Assembly: GCA_009781965.1 (NCBI GenBank)
Contig: WQUS01000115.1
Coordinates: 1-28,743 of the forward strand
Direction: 5' to 3'
DNA from: Bacillota bacterium
GTDB lineage: Bacteria > Bacillota > Desulfotomaculia > Desulfotomaculales > Desulfallaceae
Length of the DNA: 28,743 nt
Part shown: positions 1 to 8,187 of the stretch, one piece after another
Position numbering within the stretch: the stretch's first letter is position 1
Layout of the letters: every line of letters begins with the position of its first letter
Notes under the pieces: model-generated
What the model saw: only the letters and a program-made list of their open reading frames with translations
What the model was told of the DNA's origin: nothing
The model's database searches: none
Position numbers and translations under genes: made by a program

Positions 1-32
1 AAAGAACAAAGAATTAAGCAAAGAATTAAATA

Positions 33-1031
33 ATGGAGGAAAGAAAAATGCCGACATTTGAAGAATCAAAACCAATGCTGCGCCCCACCGGGATTCGGAA
101 TGGCATTATGAAAGTGGATAAAGACATTTGTACCGGCTGTGGACTTTGCATTGATAGCTGCCCATTTAAATGCTGGGAAATGGGCGCCGATAATTATCCG
201 CAAATGAAATCGGAGTACATTTGCATTTCCTGTTCCAATTGCATGATCCCCTGTCCTGTCGGGGCGGTTTCCGTGGAGCAGACTTATCATGTTCAGGAAG
301 GCTTCTTTGCTACTGACTTTCCGGCGAGCAAACCGCCGCTAAGTCCGGAAGACGCGGACGGTCAGCCGGCCGAGTGGACAGAGACCGAGCGGTTGATTCT
401 GGAACGCCGCAGTGTCAGGCACTTTAAGTCAACCCCGGTGGCGGAAAGTTTAATTCGCCGGGTCCTTGAGGCGGGCCGCTTTGCGCCAAGCGGCGGCAAC
501 CACCAGCCCTGGAAGTTTACGGTCGTGACTGACCCGGCGTTTATTGCCCAGCTGGAGGAAACAATTCACGGGGTTTGGCACGGGCTGTATCAGGCTTATT
601 CTAACGACGAATCGGCCGTGGGTTTGGTGGGGAACCTGCCCGTCGGCAGTTTTGACCCGCGGACCCAATACGGCATCCGCTGTATTGCGAAAAAGGAACT
701 GCCGATATTTTTCCAAGCGCCGGCCGTGATCTTCCTGGGCGCCCACGAAAAGATGAACAACCCGGAGATGAGCATCGGGATCTGCGGCCAAAATATGAAT
801 TTAGCCGCCATGTCTTTAGGGCTCGGGTTTGTATGGACCAATTTCGGCGGGGTGGGTGTGAACCTCATCCCGGAGATGAAGGCCAAACTTGGTTATGGCG
901 AAGGCTGGCAGATTCAAACGGCCGTTTGTCTGGGTTATCCAAAATATAAACAAAAAGGCATGGTTTCCCGTCATTTCCGCCCGGTGACCTGGTTTCGTCC
1001 CGGGGTTGGGGGACCGGAAACAGAGGGATAG
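33..1031 (+). CDS. Nitroreductase-family flavoprotein with N-terminal 2x[4Fe-4S] ferredoxin domain
   Basis: Two CxxCxxCxxxCP motifs (CTGCGLCIDSCP, CISCSNCMIPCP), then nitroreductase signatures RRSVRHF, APSGGNHQPWKF, and QNMNLAAMSLGLG. Confidence 0.92.
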   Translation: MEERKMPTFEESKPMLRPTGIRNGIMKVDKDICTGCGLCIDSCPFKCWEMGADNYPQMKSEYICISCSNCMIPCPVGAVSVEQTYHVQEGFFATDFPASKPPLSPEDADGQPAEWTETERLILERRSVRHFKSTPVAESLIRRVLEAGRFAPSGGNHQPWKFTVVTDPAFIAQLEETIHGVWHGLYQAYSNDESAVGLVGNLPVGSFDPRTQYGIRCIAKKELPIFFQAPAVIFLGAHEKMNNPEMSIGICGQNMNLAAMSLGLGFVWTNFGGVGVNLIPEMKAKLGYGEGWQIQTAVCLGYPKYKQKGMVSRHFRPVTWFRPGVGGPETEG

Positions 1032-1034
1032 ATG

Positions 1035-2654
1035 ATGAAAACTTACCCATTTGAGCAGCAGACCCTGGGACAAATTATCGAAGACAAAGCCGGCGTCTGC
1101 GGCGACAAGGTGTTTCTCCAGTATGAAAAAGGGCGGCAGGTTACTTACCGGGAGTGTAATGAGCTGGCCGACCGGATTGCCAATGGCTTAAACAGGCTTG
1201 GCTTGACGGCGGGAGATATGCTGGCCACCTTTTTGCCCAACAGCTTGGAAGCGGTCTTTCTCTGGCTGGGGGCGGCCAAGGCCGGTGTCGTGGATGTTCC
1301 CATCAACCTGGCCAATAAAGGTTATTTTCTTTCCCACATCCTTAACGATTCCAGAGCCAGGGTGTTGGTAATCGACAGCCAGTTATTAGATCGGATTAAG
1401 TTTATCGAAGACGAATTGCCTTATCTGGAGAAAATAGTGGTCTGGTCTCAATCTTCAGCCCGGGAAGATTTGGCCCGGGAAAACATCCCGGCGTTGAAAT
1501 TTGAGTTTGTCCGGTATCAGGAGTTGATTGACAGTCCGGCCGATAGACTTCCGGCGCCGGTTCAGGCCAGCGATCCCCTGATGATGATTTACACCTCCGG
1601 CACTACCGGGGCCGCCAAAGGAGTGCTGCAGCCGAATTCCATGGTTTATTATTCCGCCCTGGAATATGTCGAGGCCGTGCGGGGCAATGCGGATGATATT
1701 TTTTACACCTGTTTGCCCCTGTTCCACGCTAACGCCAGGATCTTGTGTCTATATCCGGCCCTGCTTCTGGAAACCAAAGCGGTGATTTATGAAAAGTTTA
1801 GCGCCAGCCGTTTTTGGGAGCAGATTAAAGACGCGCAAGCGACCATCTTCAACTCCTTGGGGACGCTGGCCAGCTTTCTCTATAACCAGCCCCGTCAGGC
1901 GGATGACGGCGACAACCCGGTCAGGGTTTGCGCGGCCTTTCCGATGCCCCCGCAGATATACGACGACTTTGAAAAAAGATATCGCCTTAAAGTGGTGGAG
2001 GGCTATGGATTAACGGAAGTGGCCATTATCACCTATAATCCCTACGATCAACCCAAAATCGGTTCCTGCGGCAAGGGGACCAGAAATTTTGAAGTGCGGA
2101 TTGTTGACGAGCGTGATTATCCGGTGGGGCCCGGAGTGGTGGGGGAAATTGTCGCCCGGGGCACAATACCCTGGGTCACCGCTTTAGGGTATCACAATAT
2201 GCCGGAAAAGACCGTTGAACTGACTAAAAATCACTATTATCACACCGGGGACGGCGGCTACCTGGACGAGGACGGTTATTTGTATTTTGTGGACCGGATC
2301 AAGGATTACATTCGCCGGCGCGGAGAGAATATCTCTTCCGCGGATATCGAACGGGTGATTAATACCCATCCCGGGGTGGCGGAATCTGCCGCTGTCTCCG
2401 TTAAATCGGAGTTATCCGAGGATGAAGTCAAGATTGCGGTGGTCTTAAAAGATGGTGCGCAGATAACCCCGGAAGAATTGCTGGCTTTTTGCGAGGACCG
2501 GATGCCTTATTTTGCCATCCCCCGGTATGTGGAGTTTTTAGCTGCTCTGCCGAAGACCCCTAACGAAAAGGTGCAGAAGAATAAACTCCGGGAAGAGGGT
2601 ATTACGGCCGGCACCTGGGACCGGGAGAAAGCCGGGTATCAGGTCAAGAGGTAG
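1035..2654 (+). CDS. AMP-binding acyl-CoA synthetase (CaiC/crotonobetaine-carnitine CoA ligase-like)
   Basis: ANL motifs YTSGTTGAAKG, EGYGLTE, YHTGDGG, DRIKDYIRRRGENISS and PKTPNEKVQK. SD GAGGGA at 1023-1028 favours ATG 1035 (ATG 1032 is also in frame). Confidence 0.92.
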   Translation: MKTYPFEQQTLGQIIEDKAGVCGDKVFLQYEKGRQVTYRECNELADRIANGLNRLGLTAGDMLATFLPNSLEAVFLWLGAAKAGVVDVPINLANKGYFLSHILNDSRARVLVIDSQLLDRIKFIEDELPYLEKIVVWSQSSAREDLARENIPALKFEFVRYQELIDSPADRLPAPVQASDPLMMIYTSGTTGAAKGVLQPNSMVYYSALEYVEAVRGNADDIFYTCLPLFHANARILCLYPALLLETKAVIYEKFSASRFWEQIKDAQATIFNSLGTLASFLYNQPRQADDGDNPVRVCAAFPMPPQIYDDFEKRYRLKVVEGYGLTEVAIITYNPYDQPKIGSCGKGTRNFEVRIVDERDYPVGPGVVGEIVARGTIPWVTALGYHNMPEKTVELTKNHYYHTGDGGYLDEDGYLYFVDRIKDYIRRRGENISSADIERVINTHPGVAESAAVSVKSELSEDEVKIAVVLKDGAQITPEELLAFCEDRMPYFAIPRYVEFLAALPKTPNEKVQKNKLREEGITAGTWDREKAGYQVKR

Positions 2655-2657
2655 CCA

Positions 2658-3092
2658 ATGGCCGGGCCAGAGGAGGAAGTCATAGTGGACAAAGTTCCCT
2701 TTAAGGAAGGTATTTTCAGGGCCGACAGGGCTGACGCAGATACCGGTAACGGTACCTTGCTGGGCAATAAATGCGCTTCCTGCGGGCGGATTTATTTCCC
2801 CCCGGCGGATTTTTGCTTTGATTGTTTTGGTCAGGCTATGGCAGAGGCGCCGCTCAGCCAGCGGGGCAAGCTTTATTCTTATACCCTTTGCCATATGCCG
2901 GCCAGCCGCTTTAAGCCTCCGTTTTTCGTGGGCCTGGTGGACATGCCGGAAGGAGTGCGGGTTTTTGCGCCATTAAAAGCAGCGGCCGGCCGGCCATTCC
3001 ACATCGGCATGGACATGGAGGTAAAGATAGAGGAATTGTGGCAGGAGAAGGATCAGCAGGTCATCGGATATGTTTTCGAGCCCGTTAAATAA
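2658..3092 (+). CDS. DUF35 Zn-ribbon/OB-fold protein (thiolase partner)
   Basis: CASC...FPP..CFDC Zn ribbon followed by GKLYSYT and a C-terminal OB fold (IGMDMEV). Lies directly upstream of a thiolase. Alternative GTG start at 2685 has a strong AGGAGG at 2671-2676. Confidence 0.9.
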   Translation: MAGPEEEVIVDKVPFKEGIFRADRADADTGNGTLLGNKCASCGRIYFPPADFCFDCFGQAMAEAPLSQRGKLYSYTLCHMPASRFKPPFFVGLVDMPEGVRVFAPLKAAAGRPFHIGMDMEVKIEELWQEKDQQVIGYVFEPVK

Positions 3093-3111
3093 CCAGGAAG
3101 GAAGAATATTC

Positions 3112-4260
3112 ATGCGAGAAGTGGCTGTAATCGGGGTTGGACAAAGCGTGTTCGGCAAGTTTCCGGGCCGCACCGCCGCTTCCCTGGGCGGCGAGGCGGT
3201 GGCAGCGGCGCTCAAGGATTGCGGCATGCATCCCAAAGATATTCAGGTTGCCTATGCCGCCAGAGCTTACGACGCCAACTGCACGGCTCAAGCGGTGCTG
3301 AAGGAAGTGGGCGTCACCGCTTTTGAGATGATTAACGTGGAAAACGCCTGTGCCGGCGGCGCCACCGCTTTCCGGGGGGTCTGGAAAGAAATTGCCTGCG
3401 GCCGCTATGATATCGGCATCGCCATTGGGGTGGAGTCCATGACCACCAGCCCCATTGCCGGCAAACTGATTCCTCCGGAGAAGGACGACCTGGACGGCTA
3501 CCTGGGGATGACCATGCCCGCCATGTTTGGGATGGTCGCCAGAAGGCAGATGGAGGAATACGGCGCGACGGCTGAGGATTTTGCTCTGGTGTCGGTGAAA
3601 AACCATCATCATGGCTGCCTGAATCCGCAAGCCCAGTACCGGAAGGAATTCACCGTGGAAGAGATCTTGCAGTCCCGGATGATCAGCGAGCCCATCACCT
3701 TGCTGATGTGCTGTCCCAACACAGACGGGGCGGCGGCAGCCATTCTATGCTCAATGGAGGTGGCGCGAAAATACACGACCCAGCCGATCAAAGTGATTGG
3801 CTCGGCTTTGCTGACCGGCGACTATAAATACTTGCAAAAAGATATTTGCGCCTCGCCGGTGGGCGTAAAGGCAGCGCAAATGGCTTACGAAATGGCCGGC
3901 TGCGCGCCCAAAGATATTGACCTGGTGGAAATGCACGACGCTTTTGCCAATGAAGAAATACTGCGCTATGAAGATTTAGCTTTGTGCGCGCCGGGAGAGG
4001 GTTTGGACTTGCTTCGCTCGGGGGCGACGGCCATCGGCGGCCGGATCCCCGTTAACCCCAGCGGCGGTCTCCTGGCTTTGGGACATCCGCTGAGCGCGTC
4101 GGGGGTGCGCACTGTCTGCGAAGTAGTGCTGCATCTTCGAGGGCAGGCGGGGGCGCGGCAGACGCCTAACGCCAAGGTTGGTTTGGCCCAGATGCTGGGC
4201 GGTCTGGTTACCGGACTGGAGCATGGCGTAACGGCCGGCATCCACATCCTGGCCCGGTAG
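3112..4260 (+). CDS. SCP2-type/non-canonical thiolase family protein
   Basis: VENACAGG (nucleophile Cys), EMHDAF, NPSGGLLALGHPLSASG and C-terminal QMLGG. Start at ATG 3112 (MREVAVIGVG) after a purine-rich SD. Confidence 0.9.
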   Translation: MREVAVIGVGQSVFGKFPGRTAASLGGEAVAAALKDCGMHPKDIQVAYAARAYDANCTAQAVLKEVGVTAFEMINVENACAGGATAFRGVWKEIACGRYDIGIAIGVESMTTSPIAGKLIPPEKDDLDGYLGMTMPAMFGMVARRQMEEYGATAEDFALVSVKNHHHGCLNPQAQYRKEFTVEEILQSRMISEPITLLMCCPNTDGAAAAILCSMEVARKYTTQPIKVIGSALLTGDYKYLQKDICASPVGVKAAQMAYEMAGCAPKDIDLVEMHDAFANEEILRYEDLALCAPGEGLDLLRSGATAIGGRIPVNPSGGLLALGHPLSASGVRTVCEVVLHLRGQAGARQTPNAKVGLAQMLGGLVTGLEHGVTAGIHILAR

Positions 4261-4281
4261 GGAATAACGGTGACACTTTAC

Positions 4282-4328
4282 TCGATGTTCGAAGTTTGAG
4301 GTTCGAAGTTCGATGTTCGAAGTTCGAG
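4282..4328 (+). repeat. Heptamer tandem array T(C/T)GA(A/G/T)GT, 6 units plus a partial
   Basis: tcgatgt tcgaagt ttgaggt tcgaagt tcgatgt tcgaagt tcgag, read directly. Confidence 0.95.
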
Positions 4329-4334
4329 AATATG

Positions 4335-4469
4335 CAGTGTTTGTTAGTACTCATAGTGACTACGGCACGCAAAACTATTAACCGTAAGCGATTTCTCGGA
4401 GAGCATGAGCGCACGGTTAATAGTTTTGCGTGCCGGCTCGATGCTGAACAGTAACGTGTGAACAGTAAC
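4335..4469 (+). repeat. Structured dispersed repeat, copy 1 (REP/MITE-like hairpin element)
   Basis: Perfect 23-bp inverted repeat 4363-4385/4413-4435 around AAGCGATTTCTCGGAGAGCATGAGCGC. Right end is TGAACAGTAACGTGTGAACAGTAAC. The left terminal motif is missing next to the heptamer array. Confidence 0.92.
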
Positions 4470-4514
4470 GGTAACACGTTGAAAAACAATTTAAATAAAG
4501 CGAAGTGTTGACCG

Positions 4515-4937
4515 GTGATTAAAAGATTGAACCATGTTGGCATCGCCGTTAAAGATTTAGACAGCGCCATTGCCTTCTTCGAGCAAACATACGGCGCCAG
4601 TTTGGTTTGGCGGATTAAATATGAGGACCAGCAGATCGAATCGGCTTTAATCGCCATTGGGGAAGTCCGTTTCGAGCTTACCGCCGGCCTCGACCAGGGG
4701 AGCAGCGTGGCCAAATTTATCGCCGCCAGGGGCGAGGGGATGCATCATGTTTCTTTAGAAGTGGAAGGGTTTGAGCAAGTACTGGCGGGGCTCAAAACGA
4801 AGGGGTTAAAGATCCTGGCGGAAGCCGACACGGAGGATTTTAAAGCGGCGTTTGTACATCCCAAAAGCAACCTGGGTTTGTTGATGGAAATCATCGAACC
4901 GAAAAAGGACGAACGCTCCTGGGGAGGTAAAGGGTAA
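4515..4937 (+). CDS. VOC/glyoxalase family protein, methylmalonyl-CoA epimerase-like
   Basis: NHVGIAVKDL, FELT, RGEGMHHVSLEV and AFVHPKSNLGLLMEIIE match the MCE/VOC metal-ligand pattern. GTG start. Confidence 0.85.
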   Translation: MIKRLNHVGIAVKDLDSAIAFFEQTYGASLVWRIKYEDQQIESALIAIGEVRFELTAGLDQGSSVAKFIAARGEGMHHVSLEVEGFEQVLAGLKTKGLKILAEADTEDFKAAFVHPKSNLGLLMEIIEPKKDERSWGGKG

Positions 4938-5036
4938 AGCATAGCTTCACAAACAGTGGTATTTGTTGCATAATAACTAAAAAGGAATGGTTCGAACTTC
5001 CTAATCCAAAAGACAACGGAAATGTGAGGTGTGCAT

Positions 5037-6791
5037 ATGAGTAACCTGCCCAAAGGGGGAAGCTTCGTCTTTGGTCAAACAACTCCCCAAGCTGTCTTTA
5101 CGCCGGAAGATTTTACTGACGAGCACAAAATGATTTTTCGCACCGCCGCCGGTTTTGTCGCCGACGAGGTATTGCCCAGAATGGAAGAATTGGAGGCCAA
5201 AAAAGAAGGCTTAATCCGGGAACTACTGGAAGCCTGCGGCGAATTAGGTTTACTGAGCGCCGATGTTCCGGAGGAATATGACGGCATGGCCATGGACAAG
5301 ATCAGCTCCACGATTATCGCCGAGTGCATGGGCCGGGGCGGTTCCTTTGCCATGACCCAGGGCGGTCAAACCGGTATTGGCAGCATGCCCATCGTGGTTT
5401 TCGGCAATCACGACCAAAAGCAAAGGTATCTGCCCGATATCGTCAGCGCCAAAAAAATCGGCGCTTACGCGCTCACCGAGCCGGAAGCCGGAACGGACGC
5501 CATGGCTATTAGAACCAAGGCTGTTTTAAGTCCCGACGGCAAGCATTATATTTTGAACGGCGCCAAACAGTTCATCACCAATGCCGGCATGGCCGATGTG
5601 TTTATCGTTTACGCCAAGATAGACGGAGACAAGTTTACCACTTTTATTGTTGACGCTGATTCCCCCGGCCTGTCCACCGGCCCGGAAGAAAAGAAAATGG
5701 GGATTAAAGGTTCGTCCACCCGCACGGTGATCCTGGAAGACGTGCAAGTTCCGGTGGAAAACCTGCTGTTTGAAATTGGCCGCGGTCATATTGTGGCGTT
5801 TAATATCCTGAATCTGGGCCGCTATAAGTTGGCCGCCAATTGTTTGGGCCACGCCAAATATGCTTTGGAACTGTCCGCCACCTACGCCAACGACCGTAAA
5901 CAGTTTAAAGTCCCGATTGCCAGTTTCGGACTGATTAAAGAAAAACTGGCCGAGATGGCCATTAAGATTTACGTGGCCGAAAGTATGGTTTACCGCACCG
6001 GCGGAATGTTGGAAGACATCCTGCACAGCCTGGATACTTCCGGTGAAAACGGCGCCCGGATTGCCGCCAAGGGCATCGAAGAATACGCTTTGGAGTGTTC
6101 CATAAATAAAATCTTTGCCACCGAAGCAGTGGCTTATTGCGTGGATGAGGGAGTGCAGATCCACGGCGGTTACGGATTTAGTTCCGAATATACCATTGAG
6201 AGGCTGTACCGGGACGCCAGGATTTACCGTATTTTTGAAGGGACGAATGAAATCAACCGGACCCTGATTCCCATTATCATGCTGCGCAAAGCGGCCCAAG
6301 GGGATTTGCCGCTCCAGGAAGCTATCGACAGGCTGCGGGAACAGCTCGCCGCGGGGGTACCGGTCAGGTCAGGGGAAGCGGAACTGGTGCAGGCGGCAAA
6401 AGATATTTTCCTGCTGACCATAGTCACCGGACTGAAAAAATATGGCCAGGACCTGTCCAAAGAACAGGAAATCCTGGGCCGGCTGGCTGATTTGGCGATC
6501 AGCGTTTTTGGCATGGAGTGCGCCTGGCTGCGGGCCTGTAAGGCATCGGACAGTCAAGGGGAAGCGGAGGCGCGGCTCAAACTCAATCTGGCTGCCGCTT
6601 ATATTAACCATACCTTGAGCGAAATGGTTCATATCGCCCAAGAAACCCTGGCGGCCCTTGCCGCGGGCAGTGAACTGACCAGTCTTTTGGCTCATCTGCG
6701 GCAGCTGTCCGCATATATTCCCAAGGACACGGTGGCGTTAAGGAAGGAAATAGCCGCGGCTGTTTCGGAAGCCGGCAAGTATGTGGTGTAA
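5037..6791 (+). CDS. Acyl-CoA dehydrogenase (long FadE/AcdA type with C-terminal extension)
   Basis: AYALTEPEAGTDA, GAKQFITNA, KMGIKGSST, QIHGGYGF and RIYRIFEGTNEINR. SD GAGGT before ATG 5037. Confidence 0.95.
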   Translation: MSNLPKGGSFVFGQTTPQAVFTPEDFTDEHKMIFRTAAGFVADEVLPRMEELEAKKEGLIRELLEACGELGLLSADVPEEYDGMAMDKISSTIIAECMGRGGSFAMTQGGQTGIGSMPIVVFGNHDQKQRYLPDIVSAKKIGAYALTEPEAGTDAMAIRTKAVLSPDGKHYILNGAKQFITNAGMADVFIVYAKIDGDKFTTFIVDADSPGLSTGPEEKKMGIKGSSTRTVILEDVQVPVENLLFEIGRGHIVAFNILNLGRYKLAANCLGHAKYALELSATYANDRKQFKVPIASFGLIKEKLAEMAIKIYVAESMVYRTGGMLEDILHSLDTSGENGARIAAKGIEEYALECSINKIFATEAVAYCVDEGVQIHGGYGFSSEYTIERLYRDARIYRIFEGTNEINRTLIPIIMLRKAAQGDLPLQEAIDRLREQLAAGVPVRSGEAELVQAAKDIFLLTIVTGLKKYGQDLSKEQEILGRLADLAISVFGMECAWLRACKASDSQGEAEARLKLNLAAAYINHTLSEMVHIAQETLAALAAGSELTSLLAHLRQLSAYIPKDTVALRKEIAAAVSEAGKYVV

Positions 6792-6818
6792 ATAGTTTAA
6801 CTTATTGCAGATTAGTTT

Positions 6819-6931
6819 GTTACTGTACAGTGTTTGTTGATCCTCAAAGTGAATACGGCGCGCCAAACCGTTAACCGTAAGCGATTTCTCAGCGAGCATG
6901 AGCGCACGGTTAACGGTTTGGCGTGCCGCTC
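6819..6931 (+). repeat. Structured dispersed repeat, copy 2 (right end truncated)
   Basis: Starts GTTACTGTACAGTGTTTGTT. 23-bp stem 6856-6878/6906-6928 has one G-T pair and the same apical segment. Similarity stops at the stop codon of the convergent repressor gene. Confidence 0.92.
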
Positions 6932-7806
6932 TATTTTTTGCTTAATTCCCAGTGCATGTCCAGGATGGCTTTAACCTTTTCCGGTTTGATGTGGTAGCTC
7001 CCGGCGGCTTCAATAATCTCAACCCACTGTTTTTGGGCGGTGCTTTTAATCTGCAGCAGGTTTAAATAATCTCCCAAGCCGGGCGCCTGTTCTCTGAGCA
7101 AACCCACCATCACGCCGACGATGCGGTGCTGCGGTCCGAAAAGGATATCTTCGTAGTCCGGGTTGGCGGAACGAAGGAAAGCCTGGTCGCCCTGCTGGAT
7201 GTAAATCTTCAGGTAAGCGTTCCAGACGGTATCCTCCAATCCGGCGGCTACGATTTGACCGCTTTGCGCGATGGAGCTTTGTTTAAACAGCGCCAGATCC
7301 CCTTGGTTAATGCCGGCGTAAATCATACTGTTGCCGTTAACCCGGAGGAGAAAGTCAGCCTTGGTGTGTGAGGGTATCTCTACCTGGCTTTCCCAGTTTT
7401 GCTCCGCCAAAACCGGAAGGCCGGCATGTATCTGGCCCAGCACCGGCTTAAACTTTAAATAGACCGCCGGCTCCTCCAACGCCCGCATTACGGCCAGGCG
7501 CTGCTCCCGGCTGAGCGGAATTTCATCGATCGTTAACCGGATATTTTCATTGCTCATCAGGTGGCGCAGATCAATGCTGTCCAGCGACTGCCGGATATTG
7601 GTGCGGCCGAGCAAATAATCAGCGGAAACATTAAAAAAGTCTGCGAAATTGCTCAGCGTTTCAAAGTCCGGTTTGCGGCTGCCCTGTTCGTAATTGGCAA
7701 TGAGACCCCGCGAATACGGAAGCAATTCAGCCATTTTATATTGGCTGATATTTTTTTCTTTTCTCAAGGCGGCCAAACGCCGGCCGAAGCTATTATCATG
7801 CAACAT
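6931..7806 (-). CDS. CI/LexA-like repressor: XRE HTH + S24 autopeptidase + C-terminal SinI/SinR-like helical hairpin
   Basis: N-terminal HTH (LRKEKNISQYKMAELL..SRGLIANYEQGSRKP), cleavage-site-like IHAGLP, catalytic Ser in VNGNSM and Lys in AYLK, extra C-terminal segment WVEIIEAAGSYHIKPEKVKAIL. Confidence 0.88.
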   Translation of the reverse strand: MLHDNSFGRRLAALRKEKNISQYKMAELLPYSRGLIANYEQGSRKPDFETLSNFADFFNVSADYLLGRTNIRQSLDSIDLRHLMSNENIRLTIDEIPLSREQRLAVMRALEEPAVYLKFKPVLGQIHAGLPVLAEQNWESQVEIPSHTKADFLLRVNGNSMIYAGINQGDLALFKQSSIAQSGQIVAAGLEDTVWNAYLKIYIQQGDQAFLRSANPDYEDILFGPQHRIVGVMVGLLREQAPGLGDYLNLLQIKSTAQKQWVEIIEAAGSYHIKPEKVKAILDMHWELSKK

Positions 7807-7822
7807 GTTACCACCTGATCAT

Positions 7823-7851
7823 ATTATAAGAAACAATCAGTTTCCATACTA
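7823..7851 (-). promoter_or_regulatory. Putative sigma-A promoter for the repressor (perfect -10, weak -35)
   Basis: Minus strand TAGTAT(7851-7846)-N17-TATAAT(7828-7823). Overlaps operator O1. Confidence 0.5.
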
Positions 7852-7901
7852 CGTTAGAAACAAATAGTTTCTAATAATATTGACAGAAACGTAACGTGTC
7901 T
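7829..7901. promoter_or_regulatory. Three palindromic operators AGAAAC-N5-GTTTCT in the divergent region
   Basis: O1 7829-7845 AGAAACaatcaGTTTCC; O2 7854-7874 TTAGAAACaaataGTTTCTAA (perfect arms); O3 7885-7901 AGAAACgtaacGTGTCT. Confidence 0.8.
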
Positions 7902-7909
7902 ATTAAAAT
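7880..7909 (+). promoter_or_regulatory. Putative sigma-A promoter for the cro-like gene
   Basis: TTGACA(7880-7885)-N18-TAAAAT(7904-7909), with O3 occupying the spacer. Confidence 0.65.
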
Positions 7910-7949
7910 AAGGTAATCCTGTTATTTAGTTATATAGAAGGTGAAATAA

Positions 7950-8162
7950 ATGACTGAACTGGCGGCGCTTATAAAGCTTCGGGCCGGCAGGCCGCGTTCC
8001 AAGGTGGCCAAAGAGCTGGGCATTACGACGCAAATGCTGGGCGCCCTTGAAAGGGGCGACAGGTTGCCGTCGCTTATGCTGGCCAAAAAAATTGCCGTAT
8101 ATTACGGGGTTACCATTGATGATCTTTTTTTTCAAGAGCGGGGAAACAAAACGTCTCCTTGA
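7950..8162 (+). CDS. Small XRE-family HTH protein (Cro-like)
   Basis: 70 aa, SKVAKELGITTQMLGALERGDRLPSLMLAKKIAVYYGVTIDDLFF. SD GAAGGTG. Divergent from the repressor. Confidence 0.88.
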   Translation: MTELAALIKLRAGRPRSKVAKELGITTQMLGALERGDRLPSLMLAKKIAVYYGVTIDDLFFQERGNKTSP

Positions 8163-8187
8163 GTCAGGCTAAGGGGGCGATGCGGGG

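Noticed and set aside
4363-4435. Hairpin elements as integron attC sites
   Set aside because: TTAAC/GTTAA arms are suggestive, but the RYYYAAC/GTTRRRY boxes do not fit. The elements are not arranged one per gene cassette, and there is no integrase in the window.
6931-7806. Calling the repressor lexA
   Set aside because: It has an XRE-type HTH rather than the LexA winged helix, and a C-terminal extension. Its operators are AGAAAC-N5-GTTTCT, not the Bacillota SOS box CGAAC-N4-GTTCG.
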